Source of the DNA: a virus
Taxonomy: Duplodnaviria; Caudoviricetes
DNA: 60,010 nucleotides
IMG/VR virus record: IMGVR_UViG_3300012000_000018
Span: 1-60,010 of that record
Direction: 5' to 3' (one strand)
Below the pieces are notes generated by a model. It saw only the letters and a program-made list of their open reading frames with translations. It had not been told where the DNA came from and ran no database searches. A program made the position numbers and the translations under genes. Numbering within the stretch: position 1 is the stretch's first letter; each line of letters opens with the position of its first letter. Positions 1 through 9,140 of this stretch are shown one piece after another.

Positions 1-704
<704 letters not shown>

Positions 705-712
705 ATTTACCC

Positions 713-1921
713 CTAGAGAAGGTCATACCAGCCGAGGGAAGACTTAACGTTTCCTGTTCCGCTGACTACTCTTACAGCAAGAACAAAGACATCACTTACT
801 GGAGTATCTGCATTTGTTCTTCCTAATTGAAAAGCAAAGTTTGCTGTATCTGCTCCACCAGAAGAAGTACTCTGGTTAGTAGCACCAAAGAATCCATCTA
901 ATAAATGCTCTCCGCCATCCATTGCAGTTCCAGAGATGTTGTATTCAACATTCTGACTTGCATGGGTAAGCCAAGAGCCGCCAGTAATTCTTGTTGGGTT
1001 CTTAATAAGTGCATACTCAAAATCGCCAGATGTAGTTGGAAATAGGTCAACTAGTCCTGGAACAATTACTGAATCTGTATGACCTGAAGCCATACGAATA
1101 GCAATAAGTGGGTAGTAGGTAGTTCCTACTGTGGCAGCACTTCTAATAACTGTCTTTGCATTGGTAGCCTTAAAATATCCTCCGTTAGAAATAACAGAGA
1201 CGCAGACTTGTTTCATTGTGCTTGAAGAAGCAGTTGTTCCTAAGTTTTCAATTTCATAGCGAACTGGAAGAGTTGCTGTAGTCATATAAACGCTGTCAAT
1301 GTGGTTAGCGTGGTCAAACTGATGACAGATAATAAAATATCCATCAATAGCAAAGCCCATTCGGACAGAGCCAACCCCTAGCCACTCGTACTCTGAAAAA
1401 AGAATCTGCGCCTTAGTAAGGTCTAAGACCATATCCGACATACCAGAGCCATCAAGTTTTTCAATATTCCACTCGGACTGAGGAACCTTAGTCTCAACAA
1501 CTTGACCAGTTATATAACTTCTCTTAACAAAGTAGATGTTGGTTCCATCTTGCTCTAGGTAGAAACCATTTTGACGACCAAAATACCCAGCACGCTGGCG
1601 CAGGTTGGTCTGAGGTGGGGCAAAGACAAAAGTCTGCATAACCTGTAAAGACTTGCCTGGTTGATAAGGAAATACTTTTTTGGTCTCTCGATACACCTTA
1701 GAACCAGAAGTTGTTGTGACGGTGAGAGCAGAACTGCTCTGATTTGCAATATGAGAGACCGTTGCTCCATTTGCTGTTATATCGCTGAAGTCACCATTTT
1801 CATTGTAGCGATGACTTGAATCAAAGAGGACATACCCGTCGGCTGTTTTGATGCGTCCGAACATATCGGTACGAAAAGAACCGTAACCGTTAGCCTTAAC
1901 ATTAGGGATTTTATCTCTCAT
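713..1921 (-). CDS. Phage hypothetical protein, probably virion structural (beta-rich)
   Basis: 402 aa ORF rich in G/T/S/V, directly upstream of the collagen-like gene. Confidence 0.6.
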   Translation of the reverse strand: MRDKIPNVKANGYGSFRTDMFGRIKTADGYVLFDSSHRYNENGDFSDITANGATVSHIANQSSSALTVTTTSGSKVYRETKKVFPYQPGKSLQVMQTFVFAPPQTNLRQRAGYFGRQNGFYLEQDGTNIYFVKRSYITGQVVETKVPQSEWNIEKLDGSGMSDMVLDLTKAQILFSEYEWLGVGSVRMGFAIDGYFIICHQFDHANHIDSVYMTTATLPVRYEIENLGTTASSSTMKQVCVSVISNGGYFKATNAKTVIRSAATVGTTYYPLIAIRMASGHTDSVIVPGLVDLFPTTSGDFEYALIKNPTRITGGSWLTHASQNVEYNISGTAMDGGEHLLDGFFGATNQSTSSGGADTANFAFQLGRTNADTPVSDVFVLAVRVVSGTGNVKSSLGWYDLL

Positions 1922-1940
1922 GTAAGCAGTTTACAGTAAG

Positions 1941-1965
1941 AAAGGCCCCCTGAAGGGAGCCTTTC
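1941..1965. terminator. Intrinsic terminator-like hairpin
   Basis: AAAGGCCCCC-TGAA-GGGAGCCTTT imperfect inverted repeat. Confidence 0.5.
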
Positions 1966-1980
1966 TCGTTGACGGATGGA

Positions 1981-2157
1981 CTAAAGATTACGAATTAGTC
2001 GTGCTACATACCTAAGAACTTCATTAGGGCGCCACGATGAATCTACTTCAATCTGCTCTACTTGTGTAGCAATCGCTTCTTTTTGTTTGCGTAGCGCTTC
2101 TTCGTGACCCCAACCATATTTAGGTTCTAGTGTGTGTTCATTAGGATTGGAGGACAT
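1981..2157 (-). CDS. Small hypothetical protein (58 aa)
   Basis: Manual translation MSSNPNEHTLEPKYGWGHEEALRKQKEAIA...; overlaps the stop of the upstream gene. Confidence 0.55.
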   Translation of the reverse strand: MSSNPNEHTLEPKYGWGHEEALRKQKEAIATQVEQIEVDSSWRPNEVLRYVARLIRNL

Positions 2158-2722
2158 AGCGGTTCTTTTTCAAGATTGGCTTGTAGCAAGTGCTATCTGA
2201 GTTATGGTTCTTCAAATAGCCATAGCGTGCCAAACGGAATCGCAATGAGCCGTGTGTTACTCCAAGATGTCGAGCCAAATTGCTAAGGTTGACTTTCTCT
2301 ACAGTAATTGCATAATTAATTAGAGACGTGTATTCCTCTGCTTGCTTACGATACTTTGGAGAATGCGAACGAACTTTTTGAGCCTGTGGCTGAAGTTCTA
2401 GTAGTTTTGCAAGAGTCTTAGCAGATGGATTATTGACAACTCTTGGAGCCTTGACTGGCTTTAGAGGCGGCAATGGCATTGGAAGTCCAGCAATAGATGC
2501 TCGTGACTTATCTGCGTTCTCGTAGTCATTATTGATAATTTGTCGAACTCGCTCACGAGTCAGTCCACCTGCTGCATCAGCAATGGATTGAAGACTCCAC
2601 GAGTTTTTTCGCAAGGCTTTGATATATTCATTTCGCTTGATGACATCGTCATCAATCTTTTTAAATGCTGCAACTACATCCTTTGGTAGGGTGATGTTGC
2701 TCTTGTAATAAGGGCTAGTCAT
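2141..2722 (-). CDS. Dual helix-turn-helix DNA-binding protein (sigma-r4-like HTH), paralog 1
   Basis: WSLQSIADAAGGLTRERVRQI and LSNLARHLGVTHGSLRFRLARYGY; GAAAGGA RBS. Confidence 0.75.
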   Translation of the reverse strand: MTSPYYKSNITLPKDVVAAFKKIDDDVIKRNEYIKALRKNSWSLQSIADAAGGLTRERVRQIINNDYENADKSRASIAGLPMPLPPLKPVKAPRVVNNPSAKTLAKLLELQPQAQKVRSHSPKYRKQAEEYTSLINYAITVEKVNLSNLARHLGVTHGSLRFRLARYGYLKNHNSDSTCYKPILKKNRYVLQS

Positions 2723-2819
2723 TTTTTCTTTTCCTTTCGGGGAAGTGTGTCTTTCCGTCGTGTATGTATTACATCACATTTAGACATAGGGATGCAAGTT
2801 GTAAATTACTTACCTGACT

Positions 2820-3086
2820 TTAAGATAAGTTGTTGGGGTGTTGCTTGAGCGTAACTAGCCACTCACAAATGTTGTCTAGCCCGAAGCCTTGCATATCTTC
2901 AGCGCCTAAAAGTTCTTCTAATTTATGTAAATAAAAGGAAAGTTCTTTATGTGGGATTTCCGTCTTTTCTTGGATATATTTGTACATTCCCTCAAGAATT
3001 TCCTGAATAAAGACAGGGTCAGACGAGATAAAGCCATTGTCATAGACAATCTTCTTAAAGTTGCTATCTTCCTCCGCGGGGTCCAT
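2820..3086 (-). CDS. Hypothetical protein
   Basis: 88 aa ORF; TACACT -10 just upstream of the ATG (leaderless). Confidence 0.6.
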   Translation of the reverse strand: MDPAEEDSNFKKIVYDNGFISSDPVFIQEILEGMYKYIQEKTEIPHKELSFYLHKLEELLGAEDMQGFGLDNICEWLVTLKQHPNNLS

Positions 3087-3114
3087 ACTATAAGTGTAAT
3101 GGTAGAGTACAGAG

Positions 3115-3516
3115 ATGATAGTAGGTTATGAGCAAACACAGAGAATCTGGCAGCAGATTAATGAAGAACTCCAAGGGTCCCGTATTGAGAGTGTTGATAC
3201 GAGTACTGGCAATTTACATATTTATGTGGCTGGTCGGAAGAATGAGTGGGTATTAGTTATTGCTGGTCGGATGTCTATTGCATCTAACCCTGCTATGCCA
3301 GACGAGATGGGATTATCCCCAGAATTTTTTGTTAATCACTTTGTTAATCAATTATCTTCCACTTTTGCAGAACCAACATATTTTGATGTTGATAAAGAAA
3401 ATAAATTTGTAAGCATTGACAATGCAAGTATTGAATTATTGGGTCAGCAATTTTCTTTCATGCTCCAATGTGAAAAATTTGGCTTCTCGATGGTAAACGA
3501 CGACTCCGAAGAATAA
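3115..3516 (+). CDS. Hypothetical protein
   Basis: 133 aa ORF; TAGAGT -10 just before the ATG. Confidence 0.6.
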   Translation: MIVGYEQTQRIWQQINEELQGSRIESVDTSTGNLHIYVAGRKNEWVLVIAGRMSIASNPAMPDEMGLSPEFFVNHFVNQLSSTFAEPTYFDVDKENKFVSIDNASIELLGQQFSFMLQCEKFGFSMVNDDSEE

Positions 3517-3526
3517 GAAGTTCCTC

Positions 3527-4165
3527 ATGGGGTTTAAAGAGGAATATCAAGTTCTACCTATTTCATACCAGTTTGCTATGGGAATAGTTGTAGAAAAACA
3601 CTACTTACATCGTAAATGTCCAGTAAGTCATGCTTTTGGTTTATTTAAAGTAGGAGATGACAACGAGTGTTATGGGGTTGTTACTTATGGAGTCAGCCCC
3701 TCTTCAACTCTTCTTAAAGGAATTTGTGGTCCAGAGGAATATCAAAATGTTTATGAACTTAACCGTCTTTGGGTAGACGACAGTGTTCCTAAGAATGGGG
3801 AGAGTTACTTAGTCTCTAATAGTATGAAAACATTAAACAAAGAAATTATTGTCTCTTTTGCAGATACATCACAGGGGCACGTTGGCATTATTTATCAAGC
3901 CACAAACTTCTTGTATACAGGATTGTCGTCAAAGTTTCGTGACCCAAAGGTCAAAGGTAAGGAAAACCAACACCACGCTACATACGCTAATGGTTTAACA
4001 AATGCTCAAGTTATTGAAAAGTTTGGGGCCGACAATGTTTACTTTGTAGACCGTCCTCGTAAGCACCGATACATTTACTTCAATTGCAGTAAAACAAGGC
4101 GCAAAGAGTTGCTTAAGAAACTTCGGTATCAGGTTCTTCCATATCCAAAGGGTCCGCTGGAATAA
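3527..4165 (+). CDS. mom: Mom-like (GNAT-fold) adenine modification protein
   Basis: Motifs HYLHR, YELNRLW and SFADTSQGHVGIIYQATNFLYTG are typical of the phage Mu Mom family. Confidence 0.8.
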   Translation: MGFKEEYQVLPISYQFAMGIVVEKHYLHRKCPVSHAFGLFKVGDDNECYGVVTYGVSPSSTLLKGICGPEEYQNVYELNRLWVDDSVPKNGESYLVSNSMKTLNKEIIVSFADTSQGHVGIIYQATNFLYTGLSSKFRDPKVKGKENQHHATYANGLTNAQVIEKFGADNVYFVDRPRKHRYIYFNCSKTRRKELLKKLRYQVLPYPKGPLE

Positions 4166-4349
4166 CATCAGTCTCGTCAAAAATATCAGAGGCAATATCC
4201 ACTAAAGCAGACTCGTGCTCGTAGAAGTGATGACCGCAGAAATAAAGTTCACCTACCGATAAAAATACTAAAAACTTTGCCTGTGCAATACACCTATCGC
4301 AACGGTCTTTAGGGGATAAAACTTTTTCTTCTTGGATTGCAGCAACCAC
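4113..4349 (-). CDS. Conserved actinobacterial Zn-binding small protein
   Basis: DRCDRC...GELYFCGHH motif. Confidence 0.65.
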   Translation of the reverse strand: MVAAIQEEKVLSPKDRCDRCIAQAKFLVFLSVGELYFCGHHFYEHESALVDIASDIFDETDVIPADPLDMEEPDTEVS

Positions 4350-4585
4350 TATAGATTTCCCATCTTTTCATATTCTTCTTTGCAGAGTGGACAGATTGGA
4401 TATTTCTCGGGGTCACGGGACGGAACCCAGACTTTGCCACAGAGTGCGATAACTGGGTAACCATTTATCAACGCCTCTGTGACTTCGTCCTTATCAACGT
4501 AATGGGCAAAACGGTCATGGTCACCGCTATCTGTATCTATGCGAGTGTCTGTGTCGGTCTCATAGGCCATTTTGCTCATAGCCAA
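4349..4585 (-). CDS. DUF3039 family protein (host-like, Actinobacteria)
   Basis: GDHDRFAHYV...PVIALCGKVWVPSRDPEKYPICPLCKE. Confidence 0.85.
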   Translation of the reverse strand: MAMSKMAYETDTDTRIDTDSGDHDRFAHYVDKDEVTEALINGYPVIALCGKVWVPSRDPEKYPICPLCKEEYEKMGNL

Positions 4586-4587
4586 TT

Positions 4588-5532
4588 TTAATAGGTAATC
4601 GGTACTAGTGATTTGAGAACAAGTTCTTTAGGCATAAATGCTAGATGTGATGAAACATCTTTACTTCCATAAGAGATGACAAACTCTTTATCAGTTGATA
4701 CTATTCCAGCAGCAAACTCGACTCCTGGTTGAAAAAAGTGAAAGCCAGCAGAAAGCGCAATGATGTGACCTTTTTGATTGTATTGTGCAAAATGATGAGC
4801 ATAGTTTCTATGATGACTACTTACAGTGCTAAAAGTTTGACGTGAGAATAGATTCTCTGTTTTACCCCACATACGATGAACAACTGCTAGATATGTTCCG
4901 TCATCAAGTAAGAGAAGGTTGGTGTTACCACGCAAAGCAGAAATATCTGGATGGTCAGTCATCCATGTAGATAGCACCCCATCTTTAATAGTTGCGTTAG
5001 GCCCATAAATAAAATCAAAGTTTGGGTTTGGCTCTGGTGGTGCCATCCAGTTTTTCTCTGGGCGTTTTACATCAATGCCAGGAAACTTTTCTACTGAAAC
5101 AACTTTAGTTGCTTTCTTATCAAGATGACCTACAACCATGCGTGCCACAGGGGTATGCGCTTCCATCATCACGGCAGTAAATTTCCAGTGGTCTTTGTCC
5201 CAAAGAAGTTTAGGGTCTTCTAGACCACGAACAACAGCAACATCTAACTTAGAGGTATCAATTTGACGCAGGTCTTTTAAATTAAAGTTTTTATCTAAGT
5301 CAGCAAACCAAAAATGACTTTTAATAGTTCCTGTAGAAGTTGTTACTGTGTAGGCACCATCTGGAGTAATTACATAGTTACTTGAGCGAATTGCAAGAGC
5401 ATAGCCTTTACGACCAGCCTTACCTATTGAGGGGTTGGTGGCGGACCAGAACTTATCGTCTGGTTTAACAAAGCGACGAAGGTCTTTAATCCTTCCGCCA
5501 AGTTCTTCAAAGGTTGGGTATGTATGCTTCAT
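4588..5532 (-). CDS. Beta-propeller glycosidase-like protein (GH130/DUF377-like)
   Basis: NPSI, GLEDPKL, EKNW, VEFAAG and ISYG motifs. Confidence 0.6.
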   Translation of the reverse strand: MKHTYPTFEELGGRIKDLRRFVKPDDKFWSATNPSIGKAGRKGYALAIRSSNYVITPDGAYTVTTSTGTIKSHFWFADLDKNFNLKDLRQIDTSKLDVAVVRGLEDPKLLWDKDHWKFTAVMMEAHTPVARMVVGHLDKKATKVVSVEKFPGIDVKRPEKNWMAPPEPNPNFDFIYGPNATIKDGVLSTWMTDHPDISALRGNTNLLLLDDGTYLAVVHRMWGKTENLFSRQTFSTVSSHHRNYAHHFAQYNQKGHIIALSAGFHFFQPGVEFAAGIVSTDKEFVISYGSKDVSSHLAFMPKELVLKSLVPITY

Positions 5533-6320
5533 TAGTCTGCGTAAATCACTTTCGGGTGTCTATCAACTACGCCACTCTTCTTGTGAGCAACGGTAAATAT
5601 GTTATCGCCTGTATGAGTAAGTTGATAACCTGCTGCTTCCAACCTATGAATATCTGTGTAGTTTGGCTCTTCAAACGAGTTCTCTGTCCAAATAGTTCCG
5701 TCAAAACCTGCTGCTTTAATAACCTGCATAACGCTATGAATGCTGTATTCGTAGTTGTGCCTGTATAGGGAGCGGTCATGGCGATATTGCATATAAAAAT
5801 AAGGCTCTACACCTCTAAGCATTTTTGTAATAGACCAAGTGCTTACTGCGTTGGGGGTAGTGAGAATGAGGGTTCCTAAATCTTTGGTAACTCTATTTAC
5901 TTCTGAAAGCATATGCATTGGGTCAACCTCCATATGCTCAAGGACCTCTGTACAAAGAACAAAATCAAAATGCTCACTAACAAACATAAAACCTTGCTCT
6001 TCAATATTAATACGAGCCACTTGAACTTCTACTGATTGGTTATTAAGAGTAAAGGTGTCTACACCCATAGGAGGCTTTTCTAAATTAAAATCAGTAACAA
6101 TAACTTCTAAATCTGGGCAAAGTTTGGAAAGAGCAATTGGAATAAGACCAGTTGTTCCAATCTCAAGCAGTCTGCCCTTTGGTTGCATATCTATAAGAAT
6201 TTGTAGTGTTCTTGCCATACGACGCTTATGGTTGTTGTGGTAAGTATCGTCAGGAGATATAAGAGACTCTAATATCTCTTTAATCTCTGGAGAAATACTT
6301 GCGTATGGATTATTAATCAT
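5532..6320 (-). CDS. Class I SAM-dependent methyltransferase
   Basis: LLEIGT, FDFVLCTEVLEH, GTLILTTPN; leaderless TAGACT promoter. Confidence 0.85.
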   Translation of the reverse strand: MINNPYASISPEIKEILESLISPDDTYHNNHKRRMARTLQILIDMQPKGRLLEIGTTGLIPIALSKLCPDLEVIVTDFNLEKPPMGVDTFTLNNQSVEVQVARINIEEQGFMFVSEHFDFVLCTEVLEHMEVDPMHMLSEVNRVTKDLGTLILTTPNAVSTWSITKMLRGVEPYFYMQYRHDRSLYRHNYEYSIHSVMQVIKAAGFDGTIWTENSFEEPNYTDIHRLEAAGYQLTHTGDNIFTVAHKKSGVVDRHPKVIYAD

Positions 6321-6360
6321 GTTTGTAGTCTATGCGAGAACAAAGATAAAAGTGGCTGTG

Positions 6361-6431
6361 AGCGAGTGACCAGAATCGAACTGGCACTATCTGCTTGGAA
6401 GGCAGATGCACTACCATTATGCAACACTCGC
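6361..6431 (-). tRNA. trnG: tRNA-Gly (TCC)
   Basis: GCGAGTG/CACTCGC acceptor stem, anticodon arm TCTGC-CTTCCAA-GCAGA, GTTCGATT T-loop; CCA not encoded. Confidence 0.95.
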
Positions 6432-6526
6432 GTTGAAGCAGTTTTACGACTTGCTCAGGTCGTAAGGCTGAGGCACGTTTAGGGAAGAGGCCCCTATCGG
6501 AGGGGTTTCCCCCTCAGCACTTAAAC

Positions 6527-7000
6527 TTACCTTACAACAATTGTGCGAGGTTTTTTGTCTTCAGGAAGTTCTCTTTTAATCTTGACAGTGAGAATTCCAT
6601 CAGTAAATTTTGCTGATTCCACTTCAACATAATCTGCCAAAGCAAAAGTATGTTTAAAGTTTCTAGCAGCAATGCCTTTATGGACATAATGAGAGATGTC
6701 TTCTTTATCCTTTTTGCCTTCAATTGTTAGGGTCTGCTCCTGCTGGATGATTTCAATATCGTCCTTGGAGAACCCTGCAATAGCCATCTCGATGGTGTAA
6801 TCATCTTCGTCATTCTTGATGATGTTGTATGGCGGATAAGAAGTAGTTGAGATTGAGTTGTGGAAGTTATTCAAAATATCCCAGTGGCGGTCAAAACCGA
6901 TAGCCCAGTTGTTGATATTTGGAAGCCAAGTTGTATTGGCTGTTGTTGTTGTTGATGGGGATGTGATGTATGTCTGGTAATTGCTTACTTCTTTAGACAT
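6527..7000 (-). CDS. hsp20: Hsp20/alpha-crystallin small heat shock protein
   Basis: YPPYNI...IEMAIAGFSKDDIEI...HKGIAARNFKHTFALADYVEV..AKFTDGILTV. Confidence 0.95.
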   Translation of the reverse strand: MSKEVSNYQTYITSPSTTTTANTTWLPNINNWAIGFDRHWDILNNFHNSISTTSYPPYNIIKNDEDDYTIEMAIAGFSKDDIEIIQQEQTLTIEGKKDKEDISHYVHKGIAARNFKHTFALADYVEVESAKFTDGILTVKIKRELPEDKKPRTIVVR

Positions 7001-7104
7001 GGTTGTGCCTACTTTCTGCTATCCCGTTAGGCGATAGCGCTCTAATCCCACTCCGTTTGGCAGTGGTCCATCTAGTATAACAAAAAATAAGGTAGGATTA
7101 TTTC

Positions 7105-7263
7105 ATGGCTAAAGGAAACGCAGGTAAAAGCGCCCCAGCAAAAGTAATGACTGGGCAGAACCGTCCCAATGGGAAGGCTTATAAGAAGTTTATTAAGACT
7201 TTAGTATTTGACGAGCGCCGTGGTCGTCACAAGATGGTGCGTGTTCCAAACCCTAAAGGGTAA
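7105..7263 (+). CDS. Small basic hypothetical protein (52 aa)
   Basis: Manual translation MAKGNAGKSAPAKVMTGQNRPNGKAYKKFIK...; divergent from hsp20. Confidence 0.55.
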   Translation: MAKGNAGKSAPAKVMTGQNRPNGKAYKKFIKTLVFDERRGRHKMVRVPNPKG

Positions 7264-7270
7264 CAACTTG

Positions 7271-7343
7271 CTGACCTGGGAGGGCTCGAACCTCCGACTT
7301 AGGAATTAACAGTTCCTCACTCTGCCAACTGAGTTACAGGTCA
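7271..7343 (-). tRNA. trnN: tRNA-Asn (GTT)
   Basis: TGACCTG/CAGGTCA acceptor stem, AGGAA-CTGTTAA-TTCCT anticodon arm, GGTTCGAGCC T-arm. Confidence 0.95.
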
Positions 7344-7465
7344 TCGTTTTCTTCGTGCTTTGCTTCGCACTGGCGTGCTAAGTCTGGTACAACAAACATT
7401 TTCTGGCAATAAAAACACTGCCACCTTTTTAGGCGCTCGCGTTCTTTATCTTCGTAGTAGGACAA
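7334..7465 (-). CDS. Small Zn-finger-like protein (43 aa)
   Basis: TTG start; WQCFYCQKMFVVPDLARQCEAKH; the stop lies inside tRNA-Asn. Confidence 0.5.
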   Translation of the reverse strand: MSYYEDKERERLKRWQCFYCQKMFVVPDLARQCEAKHEENDDL

Positions 7466-7645
7466 CTATCCTCCAGTTGAGTAGAAACCACGACCCTTAA
7501 ACATTGCTGGAGGAGAGTTGTAGATGCGCTTTAAGTTGGCATTACATTCTGGAGCAGAACAACTAAAAATTGTTTGTTCTTCAGCCATAGGACGTTCTTG
7601 AATGTTGTAATGTCCTTCGTCACATTCGTACTCGTAAGTTGCCAT
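7466..7645 (-). CDS. FmdB family zinc-ribbon protein
   Basis: MATYEYECDEGH...CSAPEC...LKRIY..PPAMFKGRGFYST; start placed at internal ATG 7645. Confidence 0.8.
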   Translation of the reverse strand: MATYEYECDEGHYNIQERPMAEEQTIFSCSAPECNANLKRIYNSPPAMFKGRGFYSTGG

Positions 7646-7865
7646 TATTTTCCGTATTTCATCCAAATATACATAACTGTCATTCCGCAGCCCATACCCA
7701 TTAAAGGAAGGAATATGGCTAACCAACTATCGCTACACATAGGAGTAGGGTAGCACTTTAACTACTAGTCTTCCTTTGTAAAGAAGTAAATTGCTTCTCC
7801 TAGAAGATACCCTGCTAAGGCAACTGCGCCAATGTATTTTACAAACATAAGCAAAGAAGCAAGCA

Positions 7866-8186
7866 TTATTTTGGCTCCTCGTCTACTTTAGTTCCAGCAG
7901 CAGATGTTCCATTGAGCATAAAGCCAGAAATAACGCCTACAAGAAATGAAATAGTGGTAGAGAGAAGGCTAAAGAAAGCCTTATCGTTTTCAGATTGGAC
8001 TGCACCAAGAGGCTGAGTTACAAATGTAACTGCATAGATAATTGCCATCGTGGCAACAAACACTGTAGATGCCAGCATGATGCCAACAATAAAGCGAAGA
8101 CGAGTATTAAGTTCGTCTGTAGTGTAACGCTTTCTAGTTTTACTACTTCTTGGCAGTTGAGGCATCGTTATATTCCGTATCTTCAT
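7866..8186 (-). CDS. Two-TM membrane protein
   Basis: Two hydrophobic segments; true start may be downstream of 8186. Confidence 0.65.
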   Translation of the reverse strand: MKIRNITMPQLPRSSKTRKRYTTDELNTRLRFIVGIMLASTVFVATMAIIYAVTFVTQPLGAVQSENDKAFFSLLSTTISFLVGVISGFMLNGTSAAGTKVDEEPK

Positions 8187-8403
8187 CGTAGAGTGGTGTT
8201 CCTCTCATTACATCTTTGGTGCAAATGCCATAACCTTCGCAGTTAGGGTAGGTGCAATCTGGAGTTTCCCAATTAGCAGGGTCTTGACATGGATAGCGAT
8301 AGACCTCTTTGAAGTTATACTTACACCCAGTAAGACCTGTTAGGCATAGCCCGACCAAACCTACTACAAATAGTTTCTTAAACACAAACGTCCTCCCACC
8401 CAC
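8143..8403 (-). CDS. Putative lipoprotein
   Basis: Signal peptide with LTGC lipobox; YRYPCQDPANW Cys-rich body. Confidence 0.65.
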   Translation of the reverse strand: MGGRTFVFKKLFVVGLVGLCLTGLTGCKYNFKEVYRYPCQDPANWETPDCTYPNCEGYGICTKDVMRGTPLYDEDTEYNDASTAKK

Positions 8404-8439
8404 TATTTTACGGGTAGAAGGACGTGGTGAGATTCTGGT

Positions 8440-8823
8440 TTAGAGTTTGCCTTCTTCAAGCAGAACAAAGCCAAATTCACGGTTATATATACGATAATCG
8501 CCACCAATAACATTAAAGCGTTTGATTACCTTATCTAAGACTATTGACTTATCTAGAGGGCCGCAGGTGTAGAGGTCGAACTGAAGTTTTGCTGGCATAT
8601 TTTCATCCCAGATATGAAAAGCAATATGACTGGTTTCAATACCTACAATTGCAGTAACTCCTTGATTTCCTGGAGTTTTTACATAAGATGCTAGTGGACC
8701 CATCAACTTCTTCATTCCAATAGATTCAACAAGGTCATCAAGAAAATCAATTGCTTGTTGGTAAGTATCTAAAGGGTCAGTAATTTCTGCGTTGATAAGT
8801 ATGTGTTTATGCTCTATTGCCAT
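8440..8823 (-). CDS. speD: S-adenosylmethionine decarboxylase proenzyme
   Basis: GVTAIVGIETSHIAFHIWDE (TSH self-cleavage site), FDLYTCG. Confidence 0.85.
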   Translation of the reverse strand: MAIEHKHILINAEITDPLDTYQQAIDFLDDLVESIGMKKLMGPLASYVKTPGNQGVTAIVGIETSHIAFHIWDENMPAKLQFDLYTCGPLDKSIVLDKVIKRFNVIGGDYRIYNREFGFVLLEEGKL

Positions 8824-8837
8824 TGTCGAGGCTCTCC

Positions 8838-9140
8838 TTAATCCTTTTCTATGTCCTCAAGATACCACAATTGGTCTTTGAATAAGGAGTAGGGAACAAG
8901 ACCTTTGCCCTCTATTCCATGTTTACTTCTGTAAGCATCTCTTTCATTTTTAGTAGTCCCTGCCCACAGGCCAAAAACTGCATACTCTATAGAGTATTCA
9001 AAACACTCGTCCTTGGCTGGACAAGCCGCACACATCCTCTTTACTTGGTCTAGATGAAGATAATTGCTGTTCTCATCATCGGGAGTAAAGAATAGGTCTA
9101 TCTCAAGACCTAAGCATGATGGCGTATTTTTGAATAGCAT
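8838..9140 (-). CDS. whiB: WhiB family transcription factor
   Basis: C..DLFF..CAACPAKDEC..GLWAG four-Cys WhiB motif. Confidence 0.9.
   Translation of the reverse strand: MLFKNTPSCLGLEIDLFFTPDDENSNYLHLDQVKRMCAACPAKDECFEYSIEYAVFGLWAGTTKNERDAYRSKHGIEGKGLVPYSLFKDQLWYLEDIEKD

Noticed and set aside
7866-8403. Spanin pair
   Set aside because: Lipoprotein and membrane gene order and topology do not match i-spanin/o-spanin pairs, and the inferred host may lack an outer membrane
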